From positions 1 through 47,251 of IMG/VR virus record IMGVR_UViG_3300038530_003382: a stretch of DNA of 47,251 nt; one strand, 5' to 3'. The DNA is from a virus (taxonomy: Duplodnaviria; Caudoviricetes). The stretch's first letter is position 1. Each line of letters begins with the position of its first letter. The notes under the pieces are model-generated. The model was not told where the DNA came from and did no database searches. It saw only the letters and a list, made by a program, of their open reading frames with translations. Below, one piece after another: positions 17,487 through 26,811 of the stretch. Position numbers and translations under genes: made by a program.

Positions 17487-18285
17487 TAAGCGGAACCTCC
17501 ACATTTTCTTCATGGCCACAATTACTACACTGAAAATCACAATTCATATCAACACCAGGAATTATTTTTTGATATGCTGACCGTAAGTAACGGCTATCCA
17601 ATGCTGACATTGATGCAATGTATGATTTAATATAACGCGGATCAGTGTTTCCATTAACTGAATGTATAATTTTTTGATAAAAATTAGAAATTGCACCGGA
17701 CTTTGTTTTTTTGGTTTGTTTTTCTGTTTGTTCTTTTAACAATTTAAGTTCTAAATTTGTTTTAGTTCGTGGAATAGTAAACTTAATTAATTGTGCGTCA
17801 TAGTCATATACAGCATCAAACTCTTTTGCATTTTCTTCAAAATCACTATTTTCCATTTCTAGCAAATCAAATGAAGTGTTTTGTGTTGTTCCACAAGCAG
17901 GACAAGCATACGTTGTTTCATAGTCCGGTCCATATCCATAAATTCTAGATGCCACCGTAATTGCATTTTTATCGCCTATTAAAAGATCATTGATATTAAT
18001 TTTTTTATCTACCAATACGGATTTAAGCATACGGTCGACAGCGCTAGCATTTTTAATATAAGACTGGTTTGTTAAAATGTCTTCTTCTTTTGTTGTCATA
18101 TGTTTTATTTCTATAGATTCTTTATGATAGAGAGGATGGTTCTCGTCATAAAACAAACCTTTGCTTGGTAGTTCAACTATTTCTGTGGGAACAATGAACT
18201 CCACACTATTGTTTACTGGTGCTTCACTAGCAGGCTGTAGATTGGCCGGCTCGTTAAGGCCCAGTCTATCTTGATTATTTCTCAT
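17464..18285 (-). CDS. tail assembly chaperone / baseplate hub assembly protein (T4 gp26-like)
   Basis: VELPSKGLFY, MTTKEEDIL, LLIGDK, CPAC and CSNC zinc motifs, ending FFWP. Confidence 0.8.
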   Translation of the reverse strand: MRNNQDRLGLNEPANLQPASEAPVNNSVEFIVPTEIVELPSKGLFYDENHPLYHKESIEIKHMTTKEEDILTNQSYIKNASAVDRMLKSVLVDKKININDLLIGDKNAITVASRIYGYGPDYETTYACPACGTTQNTSFDLLEMENSDFEENAKEFDAVYDYDAQLIKFTIPRTKTNLELKLLKEQTEKQTKKTKSGAISNFYQKIIHSVNGNTDPRYIKSYIASMSALDSRYLRSAYQKIIPGVDMNCDFQCSNCGHEENVEVPLNAEFFWP

Positions 18286-18307
18286 TTTTCCTCCGTTATA
18301 GAATTAT

Positions 18308-18958
18308 TTAAAATGGATTTATCAAATCAAAAGGTAAAATTGGTCCGGTCTGCGGTTCTCTTATAAAAGTATATTTAGCAGAGCTTATAGCAAATTTCAT
18401 TGTAACAGTTACCAGCTGATCATTTGAATAATCTAAAGCAGAACCAAAATCAAATTCTGATAATATTGGATTTATAAGTTCCCACCTCTCAAATATGTTA
18501 CCATAAGAGTCTATTTGATTTAAGCTTATTTGAATATATTGGCCGCTGCCAAGTTTACTAATTAAATTTGAAATTTTTGAAAATTCGCCATCTGAATCAG
18601 GTTTATAACCAGACCTTTCCATCCATTGATAAAATATTTTAGTAACGTTTGATTTTGAATTTTCTGCATCAATCGCTGTTATAGTTACCGGTTGCCATTT
18701 AGGAGTGCCAGATTTTAGTTTTAATATGTTTGTTTTTGGATCGACGCCGCCAAGTTCATTAACAGGTACGCTATAAGTTGGTTTAGTAAAAGACTTGATT
18801 AAAAAAGGTGGTATAGTGTTGCCAACTGTTACTGGAGAATTAAATATTTCTCTTGCACCTCTTCGGGTTGCAACAGGGTCATCTTCTAAAAGATGTACAA
18901 AACCAAGCCACCTATAGGATCTTTTAATTTCTGTGCCTTTATCTGACCAAAATGCCAT
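18308..18958 (-). CDS. tail tube protein paralog (gp19-like)
   Basis: KRSYRW, FTKP, W.PVTIT, ERWELIN and LDYS.D..V.V motifs, shared with the adjacent tube gene. Confidence 0.75.
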   Translation of the reverse strand: MAFWSDKGTEIKRSYRWLGFVHLLEDDPVATRRGAREIFNSPVTVGNTIPPFLIKSFTKPTYSVPVNELGGVDPKTNILKLKSGTPKWQPVTITAIDAENSKSNVTKIFYQWMERSGYKPDSDGEFSKISNLISKLGSGQYIQISLNQIDSYGNIFERWELINPILSEFDFGSALDYSNDQLVTVTMKFAISSAKYTFIREPQTGPILPFDLINPF

Positions 18959-18996
18959 TTTATACCCTGTTTAAATTAATGATTCTTTGACGCCTG

Positions 18997-19560
18997 TTAT
19001 TTAACCACTCTAGGATTAGGCGTTACACCGGTGTTGGTTAACGTGGCATAGTCATAAGTCAGGGTTAATGTAATATTGACCATCTCATCAGTATCATAAC
19101 TTAAAGCGCCAAAATCAACAGAGGCTAAATAACTATTATGAAGCGTCCACTCTTCAATAATAGTACCATTTGAATCAATTTGTTTAATTCTTGGAGTTCC
19201 AATTGCGTTTACTGCTTTGCCTTTTGACATTGACTCATTTGTAAAACCTGGGCCGGGGAAGGTTACAGGAACAGCATATCCAGAGTCAGCAAGCATATTG
19301 TAAAGAATTTGACCTGAATCCTCTGACCGGCCAGGATCAAATACAGTAACGTTCACATCCTGCCACATTACACGACCTGGATACTTAAAGGTATGTTGAA
19401 TATATTTTACTTGAGGACCACCCTCCATTTGAAAGGTCGGCTTTTTGACGTCCTTTACAAAATAGCTTGCAATCGTATCCGTGTTTCTGGTGCTCGTCAA
19501 CTCAAACAAAAACCTAAATGATCTTTTGGGATCTGTTCTAAAGTCTGTATAAAATGGCAT
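18997..19560 (-). CDS. tail tube protein (gp19-like)
   Basis: DPKRSFRF, YPGRVMWQDV, IEEWTLHN and LSYDTDEMVNITLTLTYDYA; directly after the sheath gene. Confidence 0.88.
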   Translation of the reverse strand: MPFYTDFRTDPKRSFRFLFELTSTRNTDTIASYFVKDVKKPTFQMEGGPQVKYIQHTFKYPGRVMWQDVNVTVFDPGRSEDSGQILYNMLADSGYAVPVTFPGPGFTNESMSKGKAVNAIGTPRIKQIDSNGTIIEEWTLHNSYLASVDFGALSYDTDEMVNITLTLTYDYATLTNTGVTPNPRVVK

Positions 19561-19580
19561 TTACTGTTTCTCCTTTAAAT

Positions 19581-19588
19581 TAATTAGT
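19581..19588 (-). promoter_or_regulatory. putative late promoter motif ACTAATTA
   Basis: Intergenic, upstream of the tail tube gene. Confidence 0.55.
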
Positions 19589-19602
19589 TCTCGTTTATGT
19601 TT

Positions 19603-22600
19603 TTAGTCGTCAAAAGCCGCTCCAGAATCAGTAATTACAAAATCAATTGCAATAAACTCTATAGCTCTCGCAGGCTTTAAGAAGATTTGAGCGTATAAAA
19701 TATTTCTATCAATCAAATCTGGTGTCGTAGTGGTCTCATCTAACACTAGCTTGTAATCAGTTAAGCCCAAGCGAACTTTGACTGATGCCAAGAAAGGCTC
19801 TACTTGTCCACGGAATCTATCCCAAGTTGTTTGAACATTTTGATCAAATAACAAGGTTGCTGCCACTCTAGATATTTCCTTCTTCAAGAATATCAACAAT
19901 CGTCGAACGTTGATTCTATCTAGAGCAGATGGTGTAACTTGCAATGTTTTCTGGCCAAAGATTACAATGCCCTCTGCTGGGAATTGTGCAATCGGGTTAA
20001 TGTTGGCCTCATAAAGTTTGTCACGCTCTTTGGAGATAAGTCTTTGTCGTACACCAACTACTGGAACACCAGCTGCGTTGTTAATCGACAACCCGCCTCT
20101 AGTAAAGCCGGCTGGTGCGAACCACAATTCTTGAGTTGCTTGACCATAAGACATTGCACCAATAGCTGCTACTGAAGGTGGTGCCCAAAGAAGCGCGCCA
20201 TTAATTGTGTCTTGGATTTGCACCCATGGATAGTATGCAGCACCAAAGCTTGAATTTATTTGTAAATTCTGTCGCTTGTTGTTGATAGTTGTATCAACAT
20301 CTCCCAATCTAGCTGTGACTGATTGAGTGCCCTCTGTCGTTGGAATATATCCACCCTCAAGGTCAATTACTGCCAGGGCATCGCCGCGACCCTCAACCAT
20401 ATCAATTAAGTTTCGGTTAAGAACGGGGTTTGTTAAACCTGGTATTGCAGCAATGTCATATTCAACATTCTCTGGGTCACGCAGTGAGTCAATTGCTACT
20501 CTCACAGAGTTGTAAGCATAGCTCGTGGTTTCAGCTTTGCCATTTAATAAAGTATTTCTAAATGGTTCTGCTTCTGTGATATCTAAACCGTCGAACCCGC
20601 CATGTAATACAGTGGTAAATCGATCAGCACCTAAATTTAGTACTTCACGATAGCTACCTCCGGTGATGGCTGCAGCACGAACATTAGTTAAACCATCTGT
20701 GCTACCCTGCCTTGAACCAGATTTGTATACCAATGTGCCGGTTAGCGCCGTGCTGGGATCTTGATCTGTTGTGCATATATCATCTAGCGTAAAGATGAAC
20801 ATATCTTCTGTTTGCGCATCGGCACTAGAATCAGCAACTAGACTACTAACGCCGGCCGGCTTAGCGCCTGTGTATTCGCCAATAGTCTTGGAAGGACGGC
20901 CATTTTTATTAAATGTTGTATCCACTCCATAATATACGGCTCTTGGGTCTATTGGATTACCCTCTGACGAAGAAACCCTTAATCTTAATGCTGGGAAGTC
21001 AAGTTGGACTCCAAAGTCAGTACTACCAGAAACTAGTATACCAACGTTCTCGAAGCCGGTTCCAGCGGCAGACGCATAATCAATACCACCAGTTACCAAG
21101 GTATTTTGAGTGGCTGATGTTCCGTTTGCAAAGAATGACTTAAAGGCTGGAGGCCCAAACACACCAAAAGGTAGGTGCTCTGGAGACGTTTTTCCTTCTC
21201 TAACTGCGTCAGTCAGTTCAATGTAAATATAATCAGAATTATTAACAAAGTCTCCATACTCTATGTATCTTCTTTCATCATCATCCCATTGTAAAAACTT
21301 ATCACCAATTTTTCTTGCAACAAAGTTTTCAGAAGTAGGGTTTAAGTTACAGTTATTAAACTGCTCTAATACTTTAGGACGATTATCAGTGTCTTCCATA
21401 GCTCTTATCTGGACAGAGAATGTGCCATAAGGATTGGCAGGATCCGATGAGGCCCGTATGTCGGCTATCGAGACTTTAATATTTTTAGAAGCCCATCTAC
21501 CTGTGTTTCTAGCTACCAATCTGAAGAGTTTTTCTTGCTTTTTAGCGTCAAATGATCCGCTATTGTTTGTCAAATCTTGAGAGATAAAGAATCCAGTTTG
21601 TGGGTCTTTATAATCTACAAGAAAATCTCCACCATCTACGGTTCCAGCGTTGGAAAATAGCGGTAAAATCACACCAAATTGTGATGTAGAGTTTTTAAAT
21701 AGCTCGCTAACCTCATCTTCGAATGTTTCGCCAAGCCAATAGGTTCTATAAGCATCCGAAGTTGAATCAGTGATATCTGAATTAGTCAAAGTTGGATTTG
21801 TGTTAAACACTTTTCTAACAAAATTGGCCGAGGAGTTGGTAAAATCAAACTTTGAATCAATTTCAACCCCTGAACCATTAGAGATTACAACTTTAAACTC
21901 TCCGTTTCCAACAGATTTGACGTATTTATTAGTAGCTTTGCTATCAAATCCAGCTAAATTTGGTTCTGCGATTAAGCCGCCAATAGCTCCGCCTGCCAGC
22001 GATTTTGGTGATGATCCGGCTGAGGTTGCAATAGGTGTGCCGCCTACATCAGTTAAGACAATTCCATTGCCGGCAGTTCCGGCAGTGTCGGCTGTTATTG
22101 TCACAGTTGCACCGTCTCTCGACGCAGTAACACCAGCTACGCCGGAGCTGCCTCGACCAGAAGTAGCAAATCCAACATCAGAAGAAACGTATGTGCCGCC
22201 ATCTGTTGGAGTTGCACCAGACGGTGTGGTTCCATTGATTGCAAAAACAAGAGATTGTGCAAGGTTGGCGGCTGTCTTTTCAGATATTCCACCAGCATCG
22301 CGGCGGATTCTTATCTGGTTTGCACCACCCGTGCCTGCACCATCGCCAAATAAAATCGTAACGTTACCGTCTTCTCCGCCGATGGAGGTCGGAACATTGA
22401 TAGTAAAGCTTGTGCTGTGAGCAAAGGCACCGACTGTTGATGTCAAATTAACAGTGGCAGCAGCTGATTCACTACCAGAAAATAAAGTTCCAGATAACGC
22501 AACTGATCCCGTGGTTACATACCAGGTTGCTGCTAAAGTACCAGTAACCAAAGCTTTCGAAAGTTCACCACCACTAATACCTGCGCTAGAAGATGGAAAT

Positions 22601-23028
22601 ACAAACAAGCCATATGCGCCGCCTTGCGCAGAGCCTACCGAGGGTGACACTTCACTTGTACCATTAGACAAGGCCCATCCAGCTTCGCCACCATCTGCGG
22701 CATCAGTGTTTTGTTGACCGACTAGTCGTACATAGGTTATGGGAGAACTATTTTTTAACCATGCTTGCGCTGCGTATGTGCCGTAAGTTGGGCCGGGTGG
22801 TGTGCATTCTCTAGAAACATCTGATACGTTGCCACCTGGTCTCGGCGCTCCAAAAACTTGAACAAATTCTTGAAAAGAACTTACTCTTGTTGGAACTAAA
22901 GCCGGTCCTTGATCTGATCGCCCGATAATTACAGGTCCGATGTCACCGCCATCACTAGGTAGTTGAGAGTTATCAATCTCATTAATGAACACTCCTGGTG
23001 AAATGAACTTAAAATCTTTTGCTGGCAT
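19603..23028 (-). CDS. tail sheath protein (gp18-like) with large insertions
   Basis: SPGVFINEID, YYPWVQI, PPS, WFAPAGFTRG, GQKTLQ, ALDRINVRRL and KPARAIEFIAIDF. Confidence 0.96.
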   Translation of the reverse strand: MPAKDFKFISPGVFINEIDNSQLPSDGGDIGPVIIGRSDQGPALVPTRVSSFQEFVQVFGAPRPGGNVSDVSRECTPPGPTYGTYAAQAWLKNSSPITYVRLVGQQNTDAADGGEAGWALSNGTSEVSPSVGSAQGGAYGLFVFPSSSAGISGGELSKALVTGTLAATWYVTTGSVALSGTLFSGSESAAATVNLTSTVGAFAHSTSFTINVPTSIGGEDGNVTILFGDGAGTGGANQIRIRRDAGGISEKTAANLAQSLVFAINGTTPSGATPTDGGTYVSSDVGFATSGRGSSGVAGVTASRDGATVTITADTAGTAGNGIVLTDVGGTPIATSAGSSPKSLAGGAIGGLIAEPNLAGFDSKATNKYVKSVGNGEFKVVISNGSGVEIDSKFDFTNSSANFVRKVFNTNPTLTNSDITDSTSDAYRTYWLGETFEDEVSELFKNSTSQFGVILPLFSNAGTVDGGDFLVDYKDPQTGFFISQDLTNNSGSFDAKKQEKLFRLVARNTGRWASKNIKVSIADIRASSDPANPYGTFSVQIRAMEDTDNRPKVLEQFNNCNLNPTSENFVARKIGDKFLQWDDDERRYIEYGDFVNNSDYIYIELTDAVREGKTSPEHLPFGVFGPPAFKSFFANGTSATQNTLVTGGIDYASAAGTGFENVGILVSGSTDFGVQLDFPALRLRVSSSEGNPIDPRAVYYGVDTTFNKNGRPSKTIGEYTGAKPAGVSSLVADSSADAQTEDMFIFTLDDICTTDQDPSTALTGTLVYKSGSRQGSTDGLTNVRAAAITGGSYREVLNLGADRFTTVLHGGFDGLDITEAEPFRNTLLNGKAETTSYAYNSVRVAIDSLRDPENVEYDIAAIPGLTNPVLNRNLIDMVEGRGDALAVIDLEGGYIPTTEGTQSVTARLGDVDTTINNKRQNLQINSSFGAAYYPWVQIQDTINGALLWAPPSVAAIGAMSYGQATQELWFAPAGFTRGGLSINNAAGVPVVGVRQRLISKERDKLYEANINPIAQFPAEGIVIFGQKTLQVTPSALDRINVRRLLIFLKKEISRVAATLLFDQNVQTTWDRFRGQVEPFLASVKVRLGLTDYKLVLDETTTTPDLIDRNILYAQIFLKPARAIEFIAIDFVITDSGAAFDD

Positions 23029-23076
23029 ATTGTAATTCTCCTTTTGCTGAAACGTGAATGTTATTTGTTTCTTTAT

Positions 23077-23084
23077 TAATTAGT
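23077..23084 (-). promoter_or_regulatory. putative late promoter motif ACTAATTA
   Basis: Intergenic, upstream of the tail sheath gene. Confidence 0.55.
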
Positions 23085-23114
23085 GAGTTAAGAGCGCAAA
23101 AACCATTTTGTGCA

Positions 23115-24020
23115 CTATTCTGTATACTTTGATTTTCCATCACCATAATCTGGAATATCACCGAAGATTACTCGCTCTCTTGGAATTTTAACTTCAACAG
23201 CATTTTCTCTACGTATAATTTTTGCTCGTTCGCCATTTGGTGCCTCACCAATTAAATAACCTAGAACTTCAAAAGATATCTTTGTTGTATACATTCTTTC
23301 ATCGGTACCCAAGCTTGATACATTATTAGCTAAATTAAAACCCTCTTGTAAAAACGTTTCATATCTGTGACTGTTTTTTTCAATAGTAAAGCTGCTAATT
23401 GAAGAGCCAAGAGTGATAAAGGGAGACATTATGTCGTTCATTTGTTGTACGTACTCGCTTCGAAGCGTCACGTCATAGTTCATTGAGACATAAACAGGCA
23501 TTGGTATACTTAAAGTTTCATATACAACTTTATCATTTTGTTTTTTTGGAAAATATGCTTGTCTTCCTCTAACTCTATTAACGGCTCCTCCCAATCGTTT
23601 TCTATTATCTGCAACTGAAAAGTTGTTTGTTTTATCTCTAACAATTTTTCTCGCAATTGTAATCCTGCCAAATCTATCAGCCTCTGGAAAGTTTCCACTT
23701 AATCCGTAGTATTTACCTTTTCTGGTTTTGCTTTTATTCATCGATGTTCTTTCGATTGTTATTAAAGGTAGAATTAAACTTCCATCACTGTCTCTTAAAT
23801 CTTTGTTGTTTTTAGATAGAAACGATCTTTCTGCACTTGCCCAGATGACTGGTACTTTCTTCCAGCCTTCATTGGTCGTGGCCCTATTGTTCATTTTATC
23901 ATTAATAAAATCAAAAAATGCAAAATCAATATTTTCTAGAGTTGAAGGTTCAATTTCTTCAACACTTATATTGCTGCTTGCATTTTCTACACCTTTATAT
24001 TGATTATCACTTGCCATCAA
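23115..24020 (-). CDS. putative tail terminator/sheath stabiliser (gp15-like)
   Basis: Between the head-closure and sheath genes; KVPVIWASAER, LPLITIER and P..V.MNY patterns. Confidence 0.6.
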   Translation of the reverse strand: MMASDNQYKGVENASSNISVEEIEPSTLENIDFAFFDFINDKMNNRATTNEGWKKVPVIWASAERSFLSKNNKDLRDSDGSLILPLITIERTSMNKSKTRKGKYYGLSGNFPEADRFGRITIARKIVRDKTNNFSVADNRKRLGGAVNRVRGRQAYFPKKQNDKVVYETLSIPMPVYVSMNYDVTLRSEYVQQMNDIMSPFITLGSSISSFTIEKNSHRYETFLQEGFNLANNVSSLGTDERMYTTKISFEVLGYLIGEAPNGERAKIIRRENAVEVKIPRERVIFGDIPDYGDGKSKYTE

Positions 24021-24495
24021 ATGTTCCTTTACGTGCCTTAATGCACTTTGCTTCTATCTCCATTTTGTGATCTATTTGCCCAAATATTTGTTTTGGTTCA
24101 TTTAACTGCACTATCTCGTAAAATGTTTCTCCATATTTAACGAAATCACCCTCTCTCACAAAAAGATCTTGATCTTCTGTAAGTCTTCTTTTGTGAAAAT
24201 GCACAATAATCGATGGCCTACGGTCTATACCCAGATTTGTTGTTTCAGTTACGAAACCCTCCCACATAACAAGTGCATACACTCTAACTGGAGGCAAAAA
24301 TGTTTTTTCTACTGCTTCACCGTATAAAGGATGAAAGTTCGTGTGATCCATGCTAATCGGATAATAAAATATACCCTGGCCGACGATTCGCTCAATTAGT
24401 TCATCGTTGACTTGCTTTACAAAATCACGCTCTTTTTTGCCTAAAAAAAGTGGTGGAGGTGGCGCGTCTGGTTGTGTCCATTCATTATCAGCCAT
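24007..24495 (-). CDS. head closure/neck protein (gp14-like)
   Basis: HPLYGEA..KTF..PVRV and GDFVKYGETFYEI; follows the gp13-like gene. Confidence 0.7.
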   Translation of the reverse strand: MADNEWTQPDAPPPPLFLGKKERDFVKQVNDELIERIVGQGIFYYPISMDHTNFHPLYGEAVEKTFLPPVRVYALVMWEGFVTETTNLGIDRRPSIIVHFHKRRLTEDQDLFVREGDFVKYGETFYEIVQLNEPKQIFGQIDHKMEIEAKCIKARKGTFDGK

Positions 24496-24498
24496 TCA

Positions 24499-25767
24499 TT
24501 ACCCCACAAAAATCCGCATTGGGATTCTTTCTTGAACTTTATTTACTGCATCAGTTAACTCAACATCACCTTGAGCAATTTTAGCATATGTGAGTTCATC
24601 AAATATTGTTTTTAATTCGTCTCTTAACTTCTCTTGTTCGGTTTGCCCTTGAGAAATGAGGGCCGGCCCATCAAGAGTAACGCTATCTCCTGGGATTGGA
24701 ATCGTGCTTATCTTGGATCGGATATTGCCAAGAGTCTCTTTTGAAATAGCTAAAGCAAAACGCCTTATCCATTGTTTACCTATAGAGTTGATTGATTGAT
24801 AAGGAGTGTTTTCAAACGGTAACGTGTTAATATTATTAATGCCGTCAACCCCATTGTCAACAGTGCCTTCTTCTTTCCACGGCGTATCAGAGTCTATAAA
24901 GAATTCTATATGCATAGTCTTTGGACTTACATTCACTGTTTGTGGAAAAATTCTTAATTTATTGTTTTTTATTTCAAAACTATAGTGACTGTTTCTTGTA
25001 TATATAGCATCTTCAAATGCCATCGCTTGAGATTTATTTTGCCATGTTGGTACAAGCTGGAATGTGCTATCGTCTGCGTATTGACCGTAACTAGCCAAAT
25101 CGCCAACCGTATTTAAACCACCGTAGTAACCATAGAATCTCCACATTGCTTGTGGTGTTTTATAATAAACTTTTGTGACATTGATTCTACTTCCGCTTAT
25201 AAGCCCATAGTAAGGTGCACTAGTGTCAGTTGTTGCTGATGAAGAAACTATTGCTTGTAAATCATAATCCTGGGTGCCCTCAACTGTTGTGAAAGACGCG
25301 GAATATATTTCGGTGACACCACCCAACCCAGCTTCAGTGGAATACCCATGGCCCACACGTCTAACATATTCAAACTTAAATTTAGGAAATTTTAGCGCTA
25401 CATCGACTAAATTCGTTGTGTCTTGTAATTGCCCCTCTTCATCAAAAGAGCCCGTTTTTGCCCCCAAAAGATCGCCTATTGAGTTCTTTGCTTGGTGTAT
25501 ATTGAGCAAGTAAGAGTACTCTAAAACAGCCTCTTGGTAAGAGGAAAAAACCTGCTCTTTTGTTAGCTCAATATCTAGAACATCACCGCCTAATTTGTGA
25601 AAAGTATAAGCAACTTGATCGGCTGCGCCAGTTAAGAAAAAGTGATCATCTGTATATACACTAAACGGAAAAGAGGCCACTGCTCCATTTGCTTCTTCAA
25701 AAGTGCTCCCACTGGGTAAAATAACTTTGCTTGTTTGTGAGACTGGTGTTAGTGTAGGTTCAGACAT
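24499..25767 (-). CDS. neck/head-tail adaptor protein (gp13-like)
   Basis: KLGGDVLDIELT, WIRRFALA.SKE.LG.IRSK and IPIPG..VTLDG motifs. Confidence 0.8.
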   Translation of the reverse strand: MSEPTLTPVSQTSKVILPSGSTFEEANGAVASFPFSVYTDDHFFLTGAADQVAYTFHKLGGDVLDIELTKEQVFSSYQEAVLEYSYLLNIHQAKNSIGDLLGAKTGSFDEEGQLQDTTNLVDVALKFPKFKFEYVRRVGHGYSTEAGLGGVTEIYSASFTTVEGTQDYDLQAIVSSSATTDTSAPYYGLISGSRINVTKVYYKTPQAMWRFYGYYGGLNTVGDLASYGQYADDSTFQLVPTWQNKSQAMAFEDAIYTRNSHYSFEIKNNKLRIFPQTVNVSPKTMHIEFFIDSDTPWKEEGTVDNGVDGINNINTLPFENTPYQSINSIGKQWIRRFALAISKETLGNIRSKISTIPIPGDSVTLDGPALISQGQTEQEKLRDELKTIFDELTYAKIAQGDVELTDAVNKVQERIPMRIFVG

Positions 25768-25785
25768 TTACGGATCTCCTCCCTA

Positions 25786-25793
25786 TAAATAGT
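25786..25793 (-). promoter_or_regulatory. putative late promoter motif ACTATTTA
   Basis: Intergenic, upstream of the neck gene. Confidence 0.55.
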
Positions 25794-25812
25794 AGGAGAA
25801 GGTCTAAATTAC

Positions 25813-26073
25813 TTAGTCATCGGATGGTTTAGTTTTTTTGGTGACAAGAGGAGTCTTTCTTTTTCGTTTGCGAGGCTCTTCTTTCTTTACCTCAACCTTT
25901 TTTGGTTCTGGTTTAGGCTCTGGTTTCACTTCCTCAACAACAGGGGGCGACTTTGGTTCAATTACCACTTCTTCGACCTCTTCTGGGCTTAAACCAGCTT
26001 TTACCAAAGGATGATTAATATGCTTTTTGCCAAACTTTTGAGGTTTCGCTATAATTCTTCTTTTCTTTCCCAT
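25813..26073 (-). CDS. small charged Lys/Glu/Pro-rich hypothetical protein
   Basis: Start MGKKRR at 26073 with AGGAG SD and ACTATTTA motif; the ORF-track 5' extension runs into a terminator. Confidence 0.7.
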   Translation of the reverse strand: MGKKRRIIAKPQKFGKKHINHPLVKAGLSPEEVEEVVIEPKSPPVVEEVKPEPKPEPKKVEVKKEEPRKRKRKTPLVTKKTKPSDD

Positions 26074-26093
26074 TGCACAAACTCCTGTTTTTA

Positions 26094-26101
26094 TAAATAG
26101 T
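26094..26101 (-). promoter_or_regulatory. putative late promoter motif ACTATTTA
   Basis: Between a terminator and the next SD/ATG. Confidence 0.55.
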
Positions 26102-26112
26102 TGTTGTTCAAA

Positions 26113-26142
26113 TAAAAAACCCCCCCCCAAAAAGAAGGGGGA
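26113..26142 (-). terminator. Rho-independent terminator
   Basis: TCCCCCTTC-TTTTT-GGGGGGGGG followed by TTTTTT on the minus strand. Confidence 0.7.
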
Positions 26143-26163
26143 TAAAACATAAATGTTTATTTT

Positions 26164-26667
26164 TTAGCCACCGAATGCAGTAATGTGTGTAACATCCGAA
26201 ACTGCTTCAACTATGTGATAAAAATTTCCACTCGATACGATATGGATTGTGCTTCCTATTTTGGATAAAGCACCAAAGCCAAGCTTTTGATTGCTGTGGT
26301 TAACAACATTAGCTATCGCAGAGGCAGCAAGCACTTTTAACATTCCTTTAATGCCGCCACTTACTTGCGAATCAAGCAAAATTTTAGTGCCACTGTGGTT
26401 ATCTGCATTTAAAACAAATATGTATTCTAAACCTATCGTTGTAGGCGGTGGCAAAGTAATAGTATGATTGCCCGAGGTGCTACCATCAACAAAAATAACT
26501 TTACCTGAATCCTCGGCAGTTACAACTGTTGTTCCTGCTCCACCGGTTACTAAAGTTTTAACACCTTTATGCAAACCATTAAGCTGTGTGCTGGTTAAAT
26601 CTAACTCTCTCTTTAAATTCTGAATTAATGACTGCACTCTTGCAAGACCTACTCTTTTTGAACCCAT
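26164..26667 (-). CDS. putative capsid decoration/head fibre protein
   Basis: Immediately downstream of the major capsid gene; N-terminal helix then a beta-rich domain (DSGKVIFV, ITLP, GLEY.F). Confidence 0.5.
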   Translation of the reverse strand: MGSKRVGLARVQSLIQNLKRELDLTSTQLNGLHKGVKTLVTGGAGTTVVTAEDSGKVIFVDGSTSGNHTITLPPPTTIGLEYIFVLNADNHSGTKILLDSQVSGGIKGMLKVLAASAIANVVNHSNQKLGFGALSKIGSTIHIVSSGNFYHIVEAVSDVTHITAFGG

Positions 26668-26727
26668 AATTTAAAACCCTCCCTTGGCACTCGGCCATTT
26701 ATAATCATGTCAGAAACATGGGTACAG

Positions 26728-26735
26728 TAAGTAGT
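26728..26735 (-). promoter_or_regulatory. putative late promoter motif ACTACTTA
   Basis: Directly after the capsid gene terminator. Confidence 0.55.
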
Positions 26736-26741
26736 TTGAGA

Positions 26742-26781
26742 ACAAAACAAAAAACCCCGTGCCTCAAAAGAAACACGGGGT
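26742..26781 (-). terminator. Rho-independent terminator after the major capsid gene
   Basis: ACCCCGTGTTTC-TTTT-GAGGCACGGGGT followed by TTTTTGTTTTG. Confidence 0.85.
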
Positions 26782-26811
26782 CAGATTTGTTTAAACTATT
26801 TTAGTTTAATT

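Noticed and set aside
26074-26130. N-terminal extension MGGGFLFEQQ... of ORF 25813..26130 and its G9 tract as a phase-variable site
   Set aside because: The G run is one arm of a terminator; the SD and late motif point to the ATG at 26073.
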